DNA of 63,994 nucleotides, filler included, from an uncultured bacterium (GTDB lineage Bacteria; DAOPZR01): assembly GCA_964637655.1 (NCBI GenBank). It is 3 parts of 3 records of this genome, joined end to end, with 100 filler letters (N's around TTAATTAATTAA, not from the genome) between each part and the next. Parts side by side here need not be neighbours in the genome. Positions count along the whole stretch, not along the records: positions 23,409 to 46,661 come from CAZWUZ010000022.1; 2 more parts are not named here. One strand, 5' to 3'. The position numbers were made by a program, and so were the translations under genes. Shown here in pieces: positions 26,730 through 37,394 of the stretch (within the stretch, counting starts at the first letter, position 1; each line of letters opens with the position of its first letter). The notes beneath the pieces are model-generated. The model was given only the letters and a program-made list of their open reading frames with translations, was not told the DNA's origin and searched no databases.

Positions 26730-28991
26730 TTACAGGTCGACGACCACCACGTCGCGGTAGAGCAGGTCCATCGCTTCCGCCAGCTTGACGCGGAACTCGC
26801 CGTAGCCCTGCGCGGCCCCGCGCACCTGGCGCAGGAAATCGACTCCGCGCCGCAGCAGCTGGATGATATCACCCTCGCTCAGCGAGGTCAGTTTCGTCAG
26901 CGGGACGAACTCGCTCCCTGTCGCCCACAAATGGGCGAGCCCGGCGGCGCGTTCTTCGAAATTCATCTCGGTGAAACTGCCGCATTCGTGTTCGAGCCGG
27001 CGCAGGGTGCGCAGAATGGGTTTGATTTCGGCCATCGGCAGCACGCGCGGCAGCGCGGCGCTGAAGGTCACGCGCGGGCGCCCCTCGTAGGCGCAGGCGC
27101 AGGCGAGCGCGGCGCACCCCGCGGCATCGAGTTTCTCGAAGATACCGCTGAACATCAGTTCCGTGGCGAGCAGTTCGTAGCCGTTGATCAGCGCGGCGAA
27201 CTTGCCGCGCGCGGTCAGCCCGCCGCGGTCGAGATGTCCGAGTTTCGTCAGCAGTGCCGCCTTCTTCTGGTAGACCTTGAAATGCACCACGCCCGGCGAT
27301 TCCTTCACCGCGTCGCGCAGTTCGCTGCTGCGCCCCTCGAGCGCGAGGCGCGCGGCGGCCTGCGTGCGGCAGGCCGCGTAGTCGGGGCAGCGGCGGCAGC
27401 GCTGCTTTTTCGGCAGCGCCTGCAGCTTCTGCACCTGCGCATGCGTGCGCCGGCGGTTCTTCCCCAGCCGGCGCGCGGCGGCGTCCTCGAGCCGCTGCGT
27501 CTCCTCCTCGAGCCGCAGCAGGTGCTCGAGTTCCGCCCACGGGTGGTTGCGCGGGCAGGCGGCCGGCAGCGCCGCCAGTTCCTTCTCCGCCGCGTCGAGT
27601 TCCGCCTGCTGCTCGCGGAAGACCCCCTCGAGCAGGAACTGCGAAAAGTTCGACTGCAGCACGCGGCGGATGTCGCGCTCGCTGGTGAAGCGCGCGCGCA
27701 GGTTGAGCACGGAGTTGTACGACAGGTCGAACTTGCTCGCCAGTTCCTCCGCCTCCTCGACGTTGTAATGCGGGATGCGCTTGGGGTCAAACTCGTTGAT
27801 GTCGAGCAGGGTGACCACGGTGCCCTTCGCGTCCATGCCCCGGCGCCCGGCGCGCCCCGCCATCTGGTAGTAGGAACGGCGCAGCATGTAGTCAAAGGTG
27901 CGCCCGTCGAACTTGCGCAGCGAGTGGAAGGCGACGCTGCGCGCGGGCATGTTGATCCCCACGGCGAAGGTTTCGGTGGCGTAGAGCAGGCGCATCAGTC
28001 CGCGCGCGAAGAGGATCTCCACCACCTCCTTGAGCGCGGGGAGCATGCCGGCGTGGTGTACGGCGATGCCGCGCGGCAGGATGCCGCGCAGTTTCTCCAC
28101 GCTTGCCAGCTGCTCCAGCTCGCTGTAGGCGGTCAGATGGGTGTTGACCGTGTCGGTGATCTCCGCCTTCTCGGCGGCGGTGGTGAAGTCGAAGTGCTCG
28201 GCCGCCTCCAGCGCCATCGCCTCGCAGCCGGCGCGGCTGAAGGCGAAGAACAGGCACGGCAGCTGCTTTTTCAGCGCGGTCACCACCTCGAGGTGCGAGG
28301 CGGTATGGTAAACGCGCCGCTTGCGCCCCCCGCGCCCGGTGGCGGTGCGGAAACGCTTCGGGTCGTCGAACGGGAAATTGAACGCCTTCTCCCACGACGC
28401 CATGCCCAGGTGCGACTCGTAGACGAAATGCTCGAGCGGCACCGGGCGATGGTGGTGCTCGATGGTGCGCACCTTGTGGCGGTGGATCGATTCGACCCAG
28501 GCGGCAAACTGGCGCGCGTTGGGGATGGTCGCGGAGAGGAAACAGAAACGGATATGCTCCGGCGAGAAGATGATCGACTCCTCCCAGATGGTCCCGCGCT
28601 CGATGTCATTGATGTAGTGCACCTCGTCGAAGACCACGCAGCGTACGTCGTGCAGCGAGGCAGGGTCCTGGAAGAGGATGTTGCGGTAAATCTCCGTGGT
28701 CATGATGAGCACCTGCGCGCGCTCGTTATGCACCACGTCGCCGGTGATGATCCCCACGCGGTCGGCGCCCATCTGCGCCTTGAAATCGCGGAACTTCTGG
28801 TTGGAGAGCGCCTTGATCGGCGCGGTGTAAATGGCCCGCTGGTTGCCCGCAAAGAGTTTATGGATGGCGTACTCGGCAATCAGCGTCTTGCCGCTCCCGG
28901 TGGGGGCGGAAACGACCACCGATTCGCCGTTGTCGATGGCGTTTGCCGCATCGACCTGGAACTGATCAAGTGTCTTACCCTGGAATTCCAT
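26730..28991 (-). CDS. helY: Ski2/HelY-like DEAD/DEAH-box RNA helicase
   Basis: APTGSGKT, PIKALSNQK, DEVH, SAT, HHAG, TETFAVGINMPA, QMAGRAGRRG; C-term EGD. Confidence 0.88.
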   Translation of the reverse strand: MEFQGKTLDQFQVDAANAIDNGESVVVSAPTGSGKTLIAEYAIHKLFAGNQRAIYTAPIKALSNQKFRDFKAQMGADRVGIITGDVVHNERAQVLIMTTEIYRNILFQDPASLHDVRCVVFDEVHYINDIERGTIWEESIIFSPEHIRFCFLSATIPNARQFAAWVESIHRHKVRTIEHHHRPVPLEHFVYESHLGMASWEKAFNFPFDDPKRFRTATGRGGRKRRVYHTASHLEVVTALKKQLPCLFFAFSRAGCEAMALEAAEHFDFTTAAEKAEITDTVNTHLTAYSELEQLASVEKLRGILPRGIAVHHAGMLPALKEVVEILFARGLMRLLYATETFAVGINMPARSVAFHSLRKFDGRTFDYMLRRSYYQMAGRAGRRGMDAKGTVVTLLDINEFDPKRIPHYNVEEAEELASKFDLSYNSVLNLRARFTSERDIRRVLQSNFSQFLLEGVFREQQAELDAAEKELAALPAACPRNHPWAELEHLLRLEEETQRLEDAAARRLGKNRRRTHAQVQKLQALPKKQRCRRCPDYAACRTQAAARLALEGRSSELRDAVKESPGVVHFKVYQKKAALLTKLGHLDRGGLTARGKFAALINGYELLATELMFSGIFEKLDAAGCAALACACAYEGRPRVTFSAALPRVLPMAEIKPILRTLRRLEHECGSFTEMNFEERAAGLAHLWATGSEFVPLTKLTSLSEGDIIQLLRRGVDFLRQVRGAAQGYGEFRVKLAEAMDLLYRDVVVVDL

Positions 28992-29073
28992 GCTCCCTGC
29001 TTTCCCTGCGGCCGGGACGGGTCGCTGCACGTGCCTGCCGGACAATGAAATGTAGCATCATCTCAGGCGACGG

Positions 29074-31125
29074 TCAACTCCGGCCTGCCGGCGGCGGGAA
29101 CGATGGACGGGACAGGTGGTAGACCACCACTGAGCGGTTGGCAAACACGGGCTCCATCCCGGGAGTACCGGCATAGTCGCGGTGGTTGAAACGCCTGCTC
29201 TGAATGAAGTACTGTGCCGGAATTTCCCGCAGCAGCTGCTGCCGGGTGGCGCTGTCGTCTGCAGCGAGGAAGCGCGTGACCCTGGACCATCGTTCCTCGC
29301 CAATGGCCGTGTAGCGTCCGAACAGGTGTCCGCTTCCCTCCGCCCAGAACTGCCTGCCGGAGAGGGCTGAATAGTAGAAGAAACTGGGAGTTTCCCGGGG
29401 AAAGTCGTAGCGCCGGTACGAGCGCCGATCGGTGATGAAGACGGCGTGCGGCGGGGTCGACTGTCTGATCCAGCGCATGGCCTGCCATTCGCCCTGGTCG
29501 ATGGAATCGCGCGGGTCGCGGGTGCCGTCATTACCGAGCGGCCCCTGCCCGTGCACACAGTGGCGGATGAAGATGCCGCAGGGAACGATGGCGGCCAGCA
29601 ACAGGGCGCCTGCCAGCAGCAGCGCTGCGCCGCGGCGCTGCCGCAGGAGAAAATCGGCAATGGCGACCGGGACGAACAGTGCCGCGAGGCGCGCATACCA
29701 GAGAAAATAGACCGAATCGCCGCCGAAATTGATGAGGGAAGGAATGGCCAGGGAAACGGTGACGAACGCAGCGGCAAGCATAAAGGTGTGCCGGTGGGGC
29801 ATGACAAGCTGTGTGCGGAACCGGCCGGAGCAGAGCAGGCATACCAGGAAAACCGCGACGAACGGCTGCAGCACAAAAAGGCCGATACGGAACGCGAATG
29901 CCGAGACAATCCGCTGGATGCGCGGCTGCGGATCGTGCAGTTTGTCCGCGAGCGCGCTCAGGGTGTGCCGGGGAAGCAGCGAGGTGTCGCCCGGCGGGGC
30001 GGCGAACAGCGCGATCCGGTCGCCGCCGTCACGATAGAGCACACCTTTCAGCAGCAGCGCGCCGGCGATCATCAGAATCACCGCAAGGAGCTGCGCGGTT
30101 CCGGGCCGGTGCCCGCGGACGAAACGACAGAGCAGTACCGCGATGTAGGCTGCCGGCACAATCAACAGCAGCAGGGATTTGGTCGCCGCTGCTCCCCAGA
30201 ACAGGATACCGATACAGAGCGCCTGGCGGCGGTCGCAACCGGACAGCGAACGGATCAGCAGGAAGAACAGCAGGAAGAACTGAGGCAGGCTGAAGTAGAC
30301 CGTGAGCGGATTCACATACAGCTGAGCCTGCAGCTTGCTGAATGGCTTGACGATTTCCGAGGCGAACAGCAGAAAGAAGCAGAACAGCAGCGCGTGCCAG
30401 GCGGACCACGACAGAATGCGGCGACCGCCGTAGACAACAAGGTAAACGATTGCGAACAGTACCAGGAGCGGGTCGAGGAGCAGCAGCAGCGCAAACGGGT
30501 CGGCACCGGTGACCCGGTGCGCGAGGGCATGGGTCATGTGCTGGCACAGGTGGTAGTAGGTGGGGAGGCCGTCAAAACGGGCGTCGACGACGGGGAATCC
30601 GCGGCTGCAGGCCCAGATTGTACCAAGGTGCCAGAGCACATCCCGATGGAAGAACCCTGGCCGGTCCGGGGCGGGCGGAGAGACGTTGCCAAGCCACAGA
30701 AGAAAAAGGAGTGTGGCGGCGGCGGCAAAGACCACGGCGCATACGGCACCGTAGGCGGCATCGCCCTCGCGGTCGAGTGCTGCCGTGACCGGTTTTTTGC
30801 ACAGCATGAATACCGCGGCCGCAGACACGGGCAACACCAGGCAATAGAGCAGCGCGGGGTGTGCCCATTGCGACAGCAGGCCGGCCCCGAACAGGTAGGC
30901 AATGCCGACCGGATAGCCAAAAACAAGGCGCTCGCTGCGGCGGGGGGTGAGGCGGGGTATGAGCAGTGAGACAAGGCAGAAACCGGGCAAGATGATGAAG
31001 AGCGTCTGGAACAGCAGATAGCGCCACAGGTCCGGCCACAGGCCGGGATACAGGCGGAGCAGCAGGAGGTAGGCTGCGGCGAGAAATAAAAAAGGAATTG
31101 TCCTGCTGCGCGGGATGCACACCAT
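29074..31125 (-). CDS. Large polytopic membrane protein, possibly GT-C-fold glycosyltransferase-like
   Basis: Many TM segments; DVLWH and YYH loops; soluble C-term [15 protein letters not shown]. Confidence 0.6.
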   Translation of the reverse strand: MVCIPRSRTIPFLFLAAAYLLLLRLYPGLWPDLWRYLLFQTLFIILPGFCLVSLLIPRLTPRRSERLVFGYPVGIAYLFGAGLLSQWAHPALLYCLVLPVSAAAVFMLCKKPVTAALDREGDAAYGAVCAVVFAAAATLLFLLWLGNVSPPAPDRPGFFHRDVLWHLGTIWACSRGFPVVDARFDGLPTYYHLCQHMTHALAHRVTGADPFALLLLLDPLLVLFAIVYLVVYGGRRILSWSAWHALLFCFFLLFASEIVKPFSKLQAQLYVNPLTVYFSLPQFFLLFFLLIRSLSGCDRRQALCIGILFWGAAATKSLLLLIVPAAYIAVLLCRFVRGHRPGTAQLLAVILMIAGALLLKGVLYRDGGDRIALFAAPPGDTSLLPRHTLSALADKLHDPQPRIQRIVSAFAFRIGLFVLQPFVAVFLVCLLCSGRFRTQLVMPHRHTFMLAAAFVTVSLAIPSLINFGGDSVYFLWYARLAALFVPVAIADFLLRQRRGAALLLAGALLLAAIVPCGIFIRHCVHGQGPLGNDGTRDPRDSIDQGEWQAMRWIRQSTPPHAVFITDRRSYRRYDFPRETPSFFYYSALSGRQFWAEGSGHLFGRYTAIGEERWSRVTRFLAADDSATRQQLLREIPAQYFIQSRRFNHRDYAGTPGMEPVFANRSVVVYHLSRPSFPPPAGRS

Positions 31126-31164
31126 TGGCGACACCGTCAAAAGCGCTGCGTTGCCTGCCGGGCG

Positions 31165-31250
31165 ACTATACACCCCGGCGGGGGGGGTGTCAATGCGCCT
31201 GATGCGGCTTGCGTGGCGCCACTTGACAACCACGGTGGATGTGGTAGAGT
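31165..31250. promoter_or_regulatory. Divergent sigma70 promoters (membrane protein / ppdK)
   Basis: Minus TTGACA-N17-TATAGT (31165-31193); plus TTGACA-N16-TAGAGT with TGn (31223-31250). Confidence 0.65.
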
Positions 31251-31314
31251 AGCCCCCGACAACGCGCACAGCGTACGCGCTGCCAATAACTATCCCCGGA
31301 CGGAGGGCTATTGT

Positions 31315-34104
31315 ATGGGAGCGAAGGGCACGAAGTATGTGTATTCATTCGGTGGCAAAAAGGCCGATGGGCATGGCGGCATGAAGCCGCTGCTCGGCGG
31401 CAAGGGCGCCAACCTGGCGGAGATGAGCCGCATCGGACTGCCGGTGCCTCCGGGCTGTACCATCACCACCGAGGTCTGTACGTATTACTATGCCAACCGG
31501 CGTACCTACCCGAAGGTGCTCGACGCACAGGTCAAGGCCGGTGTTGCGGCCATCGAAAAGATCATGGGGACGAAGTTCGGCGACACGCAGGCGATGCCGC
31601 TGCTCGTCTCGGTGCGCTCGGGCGCGCGCGACTCGATGCCGGGGATGATGGACACCATTCTCAACCTCGGGCTCAACGACCGGACCGTGCTGGCACTGGC
31701 GGCGGCGACAAAGAACGAGCGCTTTGCCTGGGACTGCTACCGCCGCTTCGTGCAGATGTACGGTGACGTTGTCCTCGGCGTGCAGAAACGCGAGGGTGAG
31801 GACCACGAGCCGTTCGAGGTGGTTATCCATGAGTACAAGCACCAGAAGTACCACAGCGACATCGAGGACTCGAAACTGACCGCGGCCGACCAGCAGGAAC
31901 TGGTCGCCCGCTTCAAGCGGCTCATCCGGGAGCGCGCGGGCAAGGACTTCCCGCAGGACCCGTGGCAGCAGCTGTGGGGCGCGACGGGCGCCGTCTTCGG
32001 TTCGTGGATGAACGACCGCGCCATCGTCTACCGCCGCAAGTACGGGATCCCGGCGGAATGGGGCACCGCGGTCAACGTGCAGGCGATGGTCTACGGCAAC
32101 ACGGGCGACCGCTCGGGCTCGGGCGTGGCGTTCACGCGCAACCCGGCCAACGGCGTCAAGGAATTCTACGGCGAGTTCCTCATCAACGCGCAGGGCGAGG
32201 ACGTGGTTGCCGGCGTGCGCACGCCGGAACCGGTGGCGGCGCTGGCGAAGGTCATGCCGGCGGCGTTCAAGGAACTCGACCAGATCCGCACGACGCTGGA
32301 AAAGCATTTCAAGGACGTGCAGGATTTCGAGTTCACCATCCAGGACGGCAAGGTCTTCATGCTGCAGACGCGCAACGGCAAGCGCACCGCCATGGCGGCG
32401 CTGAAGTTCTCCATGGACATGGTGAAGGAGAAACTCATCGACTGGCAGACGGCCATCATGCGCAACCCGGCCGACCAGCTCGACCAGCTGCTCGCCCCGG
32501 TCTTCGACCTGCAGGCGGTGAAAAAGGCCAACCGCATCGCCACCGGGCTGCCGGCCGGTCCGGGCGCGGCCACGGGCAAGATTTACCTCAACGCCGACCG
32601 CGCGGCGGCGGCGGCGGAACGCGGCGAGAAGGTGCTGCTGGTGCGCAACGAGACGTCGCCGGAAGACCTGCGCGGCATGATTGCCGCCGAAGGCATCCTC
32701 ACCGCCAAGGGGGGGGTCAGTTCGCACGCGGCGCTCGTTGCCCGCCAGATGGGCAAGGTCTGCATCTGCGGCGCCGGCGCGCTGGAAATCGACTACGCGG
32801 CCAAAACCGTGAAGGCGGCGGGACAGACGTTCCGCGAAGGGGACAACCTCTCCATTGACGGCACCTCGGGCGTGGTCTACAGCGGGCACATCGACACGGC
32901 CCCGTCGGAGATCATCACCGGGCTGCTCAACGGCGACAAGGCGGCCCAGGCGACGGAAAAGTTCAAGAACTTCCAGCAGCTGATGCAGTGGTGCAGCAAG
33001 GTGACGCGGATGTCGGTGCGCACCAACGCCGACACGCCGGAGCAGACGCAGAACGCCATCGCCTTCGGCGCGGTGGGCATCGGCCTGACCCGCACCGAGC
33101 ACATGTTCTTCGAGGGGAACCGCATCGACGCGATGCGCGAGATGATCCTCGCCGACAACGTGGCCGACCGCAAGAAGGCGCTGGCCAAGCTGCTGCCGTA
33201 CCAGCGCGACGACTTCGCCGGCATTTTCCGCGCCCTCAAGGGCTACCCGGCGACCATCCGCTTCCTCGACCCGCCGCTGCACGAGTTCGTGCCGCACGAG
33301 GCGAAGGCGCAGGCGGAACTGGCGCAGAAGATGGGCGTGCCGGCCGACAAGGTGGCCAAGCGCGTCGCCTCGCTGCACGAGTTCAATCCGATGCTCGGGC
33401 ACCGCGGCTGCCGCCTCGGCATCGCCTACCCCGAGATCAGCGAGATGCAGGCGCGCGCCGTGTTCGAGGCCGCGGCCATCGTGCTGAAAGAGAAGATCAA
33501 GGTCAAGCCGGAGGTCATGATCCCGCTCGTCGGCTACAAGCGCGAACTCGACCTGCAGGTCGAGATTGTCCACCGCGTGGCGAAGGAAGTCATGGCGGAG
33601 CAGAAGGTCAAGATCGACTACATGGTCGGTACGATGATCGAGATCCCGCGCGGCGCGCTGACGGCCGACGAGATCGCGCAGACCGCCGAATTCTTCAGCT
33701 TCGGCACCAACGACCTGACGCAGACCGCGCTCGGCATCAGCCGCGATGACATGGGTTCGTTCCTCAACCCGTACATCGAGAACGAGGTCTACCAGAAGAA
33801 TCCGTTCGCCTCGCTCGACCAGGTGGGTGTCGGCCAGCTCATCAGGATGGCGGTGGAGAAGGGGAACGCCACGCGCCCCGGGATCAAGCTCGGCATCTGC
33901 GGCGAGCACGGCGGCGATCCGGACTCGGTGAAGTTCTGCCATCGCGTGGGCCTGACGTATGTGAGCTGCTCGCCGTTCCGCGTGCCGGTCGCCCGCCTCG
34001 CCGCGGCGCAGGCCGCGCTCGAAGAGGCGAAGACGGCGAAGGCGCCGGCGAAGAAGGTTGTGAAGAAGGCGGCGAAGAAGCCGGCAAAGAAGGCGAAGAA
34101 GTAG
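31315..34104 (+). CDS. ppdK: Pyruvate, phosphate dikinase
   Basis: [69 protein letters not shown]. Confidence 0.97.
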   Translation: MGAKGTKYVYSFGGKKADGHGGMKPLLGGKGANLAEMSRIGLPVPPGCTITTEVCTYYYANRRTYPKVLDAQVKAGVAAIEKIMGTKFGDTQAMPLLVSVRSGARDSMPGMMDTILNLGLNDRTVLALAAATKNERFAWDCYRRFVQMYGDVVLGVQKREGEDHEPFEVVIHEYKHQKYHSDIEDSKLTAADQQELVARFKRLIRERAGKDFPQDPWQQLWGATGAVFGSWMNDRAIVYRRKYGIPAEWGTAVNVQAMVYGNTGDRSGSGVAFTRNPANGVKEFYGEFLINAQGEDVVAGVRTPEPVAALAKVMPAAFKELDQIRTTLEKHFKDVQDFEFTIQDGKVFMLQTRNGKRTAMAALKFSMDMVKEKLIDWQTAIMRNPADQLDQLLAPVFDLQAVKKANRIATGLPAGPGAATGKIYLNADRAAAAAERGEKVLLVRNETSPEDLRGMIAAEGILTAKGGVSSHAALVARQMGKVCICGAGALEIDYAAKTVKAAGQTFREGDNLSIDGTSGVVYSGHIDTAPSEIITGLLNGDKAAQATEKFKNFQQLMQWCSKVTRMSVRTNADTPEQTQNAIAFGAVGIGLTRTEHMFFEGNRIDAMREMILADNVADRKKALAKLLPYQRDDFAGIFRALKGYPATIRFLDPPLHEFVPHEAKAQAELAQKMGVPADKVAKRVASLHEFNPMLGHRGCRLGIAYPEISEMQARAVFEAAAIVLKEKIKVKPEVMIPLVGYKRELDLQVEIVHRVAKEVMAEQKVKIDYMVGTMIEIPRGALTADEIAQTAEFFSFGTNDLTQTALGISRDDMGSFLNPYIENEVYQKNPFASLDQVGVGQLIRMAVEKGNATRPGIKLGICGEHGGDPDSVKFCHRVGLTYVSCSPFRVPVARLAAAQAALEEAKTAKAPAKKVVKKAAKKPAKKAKK

Positions 34105-34152
34105 CACGGATCCACAGCGGTTGCTGTACCGCAGTACTGGCTGTGCCGATAG

Positions 34153-34186
34153 AACGGGGGCGCGCGATCCGCGCCCCCGTTTTTTG
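34153..34186 (+). terminator. Intrinsic terminator after ppdK
   Basis: AACGGGGGCGCG-cgatc-CGCGCCCCCGTT then T-tract. Confidence 0.88.
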
Positions 34187-34281
34187 ATATTTGTGTTTGA
34201 CAGGGCAGCAAAAATTAGTTAGCCTCCTTATAGAGATTAAAAGATTATAAAGATTCAGTTGCAATATAGGAGGGGAGATTT

Positions 34282-35265
34282 ATGAATTCTTTGCTCTATG
34301 AAGAAACGCTGAAATTTGTTGATGGACATGCTGAAAGAATATTTAGACCTTTTTTGCAACTTGCCCAAGGGCATATCGAGGATCCCAATACGGATTTTCC
34401 GATAGAACGATTTAAGAGTGAATACACCTTGTTTTTAAATAGGTATTGTGATGAAGTTTGTGTGAGTACTGCACGATACATTCGAGAAAACACTGTTGAT
34501 CCTACTATGATAAAAAGTTCAATTGCTGAAATTGAACAGGTAATTCAACAAGAAGTATTTAGAAAATATAGTTATTCTGTGCAACAACAAGTCTCGAATT
34601 TAGCGGAAATTAAAAATGAGGCGAATAACGCGGACTTAATCAAGGGTGCATTGGCTGGAGCTGTTGTTGGTAAAGTGATTACTGGCAAATCGACAGGTGC
34701 TACAGCAGGCGCATTAATTGGAGTGGTAAACGCAAGCTCAAATGCAGCTTCAAATGCAACTGATAAAAAAGCGGAAATTTGGGAAAAATCTTTTAAGGAC
34801 CAGTTCGAAAAAATGGCTGAATCGATTTTGCGATTGTATGATTTCACAATGAGTAAAATTGCTGGAAATGAGGTTGATGTGAGAATAATATCTGATTTCG
34901 ACAAAAAATATTCGGAGAGAATAAAAGAAAAAAAGAAAATCTGTGATGAAATTTTATGGGAAGTAGCAACCTTTAGGGAAAAACGTGAAAGTTCTAAAGA
35001 TTTTGATACATTCAGGGCCTTTGGTGGTATAATCGTTGATACGATTGGTTTGGTATTGATAATGTGGGGATATTTTGCGTTTATTAAGGTTATAGGACTG
35101 TATGGAAATTTTTTAGCATTACTGTTGGCCTTGCTTCCAATAGGGTTTTATCTTTACAGGTTGATTTCCAGATTAACTAAGCGTATGAAGATTAAATTTA
35201 ACAGAGGAAATTGTGGGGTTAAACCGTCCGCTAGATTGGCGGATCTAGCAAAGCGGTATAATTAA
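34282..35265 (+). CDS. AT-rich hypothetical membrane protein with glycine-zipper-like segment
   Basis: GALAGAVVG..GATAGALIG; two C-terminal TM helices; SD AGGAGG; AT-rich codons. Confidence 0.7.
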   Translation: MNSLLYEETLKFVDGHAERIFRPFLQLAQGHIEDPNTDFPIERFKSEYTLFLNRYCDEVCVSTARYIRENTVDPTMIKSSIAEIEQVIQQEVFRKYSYSVQQQVSNLAEIKNEANNADLIKGALAGAVVGKVITGKSTGATAGALIGVVNASSNAASNATDKKAEIWEKSFKDQFEKMAESILRLYDFTMSKIAGNEVDVRIISDFDKKYSERIKEKKKICDEILWEVATFREKRESSKDFDTFRAFGGIIVDTIGLVLIMWGYFAFIKVIGLYGNFLALLLALLPIGFYLYRLISRLTKRMKIKFNRGNCGVKPSARLADLAKRYN

Positions 35266-35302
35266 GTTTTATATTTATTTTTTGGACCGCGAGAAGGAAA
35301 AA

Positions 35303-36007
35303 ATGAAAGAACAGTATTTTGGTGATGTAAACGATTATCGGAAATTTGGCTTGTTGCGAATTATTTGCCAAAACAGCTGGTTACGTCCCTTAATCGTGTG
35401 GATGTTGACGGAAAATGATGATAGTAAGAACGGAAACAAACGAGGATACTTAGAAGAGGAAAATGCATGGAAACATTTTGACAGTGAACTATTTGCATAT
35501 CTGAAAGAAAAACTCGATAAAGAGCGCGCTCCGAATACTAATATCATCGAAGAATCAAGCTTATTGCCGGGAACAGGCTTTTTTCGAAATAAAATACATG
35601 ATCAAATTCATCAGAGAACACGATGGCAAAGCAGCTTGTTTATGGAGGCTGCAAAATATGAAATGGTTTTTTTTGACCCGGACAATGGAATTGAAATTAA
35701 ATCAAAACCGATAGGGAGAAAATATTCATCGAAGTACGTCTATTGGTTTGAGATTGAAGAAATATGGAAACAGAAAAAATCAATTTTGATATATCAGCAT
35801 TTTCCTAGGATCCAAAGGGATATATTTGTTCGCAAAATATCTGAAGAGTTACACCAGCATGCCTACAATTCAACTATAATGATATTTCGTACACCCCAAA
35901 CTCTTTTTTTGTTCGCGGTTCAACCAATTCACGGAAGATGGGTTGAAAGAATTAAAGATACTATTAATAGTCAATGGAAAGACCAAATCAATGCACATGT
36001 CTGTTGA
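35303..36007 (+). CDS. AT-rich hypothetical protein, possibly methyltransferase-like
   Basis: MKEQYFGDVNDYRKFGLLR; VFFDPDNG; LIYQH. Confidence 0.7.
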   Translation: MKEQYFGDVNDYRKFGLLRIICQNSWLRPLIVWMLTENDDSKNGNKRGYLEEENAWKHFDSELFAYLKEKLDKERAPNTNIIEESSLLPGTGFFRNKIHDQIHQRTRWQSSLFMEAAKYEMVFFDPDNGIEIKSKPIGRKYSSKYVYWFEIEEIWKQKKSILIYQHFPRIQRDIFVRKISEELHQHAYNSTIMIFRTPQTLFLFAVQPIHGRWVERIKDTINSQWKDQINAHVC

Positions 36008-36012
36008 AGATT

Positions 36013-36993
36013 TCACGAAGAAGTATGGTTCGATATTGATGAAGCTATGTTTGTCGTATCACTAAGGCGCGCATTCCACGCGTCGATGAGGGCGTCGATT
36101 TCCGGCAGCGAATGGTGGAAATGCACAGTGAGCAGCGGTACGGAACCGTCAGCGGGGAGCGTGCCGGTGTCGTAGAGCTGCCGCGCCAGGTCGAGGTAGC
36201 GTTGCGCGTGGGCGCGGTAGAACCGTTCGGTGCCGCCCGCCGCTGCCCATACTGCCCAACGGTCGAACAGTGCATCCTCAGTCAGGCCGCAGCGCTGCTG
36301 CAGCGCGACGGCGAAACGGTCGTGGCCCGGCCAGAGGGCAAGTTCGCGCACGGCGTCCGTGCCGCAGGTTTCCTCCAGAAAAGCGACGACTGACGCGGCA
36401 CAGCGGTAGGAAGGGAGGTCGTCGCTGCGTGCCGCGAGCATGGCGCGCACCCCGGCGGCACTGTCCGTGCGCGCGTGATGCTGTGCCGTCGCCGCGATAC
36501 GCAGGAGATTCCCCGGGGAGGCGAGGTGATTGGCCACACCCTCGTCGAACCAGTCCCAGTCATCAGCGCGATACGTCTGCGGGCGCGCCTGCGCCTGGTG
36601 CAGGTGCACGAACTCGTGTACGAGCACGGGCGCCACGTAATTCTGGATGAGGATACGGGCGGGCGGCAGTGAGAGCGCGGCGCGCTCCCCGAGACGGGTC
36701 TGCGCGCGCGCATAATCGCCGCTGCAGGCGGTGATGGTGACCGGTGGCAGCTCCTGCCGGAAAAATGCGCCGGTGTAGGTGCGGGCGATGCCGCCGAAAC
36801 GGACGAACTGCCCCGCCAGCGGCGGGGTAAGCGCGGTTTTATCGGCGCGATGGCAGTTGAGGCGAATGTCCGGCGTGTCGATAACGGTCTGCATCAGGCC
36901 GGTGCGCTGCGCGACCTGCCAGACGAGCGCGGCGAAGACAAGGGTGAGGAAGAGCAGCAGCAGAAACCGGGAGAGGGAACGCCGGCGGCTCAT
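36013..36993 (-). CDS. Membrane-anchored zinc metallopeptidase (gluzincin/MA clan)
   Basis: HEFVH ... WFDEGVA; N-terminal TM helix. Confidence 0.75.
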   Translation of the reverse strand: MSRRRSLSRFLLLLFLTLVFAALVWQVAQRTGLMQTVIDTPDIRLNCHRADKTALTPPLAGQFVRFGGIARTYTGAFFRQELPPVTITACSGDYARAQTRLGERAALSLPPARILIQNYVAPVLVHEFVHLHQAQARPQTYRADDWDWFDEGVANHLASPGNLLRIAATAQHHARTDSAAGVRAMLAARSDDLPSYRCAASVVAFLEETCGTDAVRELALWPGHDRFAVALQQRCGLTEDALFDRWAVWAAAGGTERFYRAHAQRYLDLARQLYDTGTLPADGSVPLLTVHFHHSLPEIDALIDAWNARLSDTTNIASSISNHTSS

Positions 36994-37355
36994 TCCGGCG
37001 GCAGGTGTTTGGCGATGAACTTCTCGAGCCGTGCCTTCACGTCATCACTCACGTTCAGGAACTCGATGCCGCCCGGGTACTTCCCGAGCACGGGCACCGC
37101 GCTGATCCACTTGATGATGCCGGTGAGCTTGAACGGCATGGTCGACCCGGCCAGGGTCACTTCCAGTTCGACCGGGTCATTCTCCTTGAGGATGCCGGTG
37201 AAAAAGACCTTGATGCCGCTGACGGAAATGTCGGCGACCTCGGCGGCCTGCAGCTGTCCGCCCAGCGTCCTGACGCGGTACTTGATCTGCAGCGCATACT
37301 GCAGCCGCGCGAAGCGGCGACGGTCAGGCCCGCTGTAGGAAACGGTCATCAGCAT
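36990..37355 (-). CDS. PilZ domain protein
   Basis: RRRFAR (RxxxR) and DISVSG (DxSxxG). Confidence 0.88.
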   Translation of the reverse strand: MLMTVSYSGPDRRRFARLQYALQIKYRVRTLGGQLQAAEVADISVSGIKVFFTGILKENDPVELEVTLAGSTMPFKLTGIIKWISAVPVLGKYPGGIEFLNVSDDVKARLEKFIAKHLPPE

Positions 37356-37394
37356 CCCTCCTGCGGTAATCTAACCATACTGACGGCGTTTTGT

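Noticed and set aside
31345-34107. 920-aa antisense ORF over ppdK and many similar long shadow ORFs
   Set aside because: Expected by-product of high GC and codon bias opposite clear genes; no motifs
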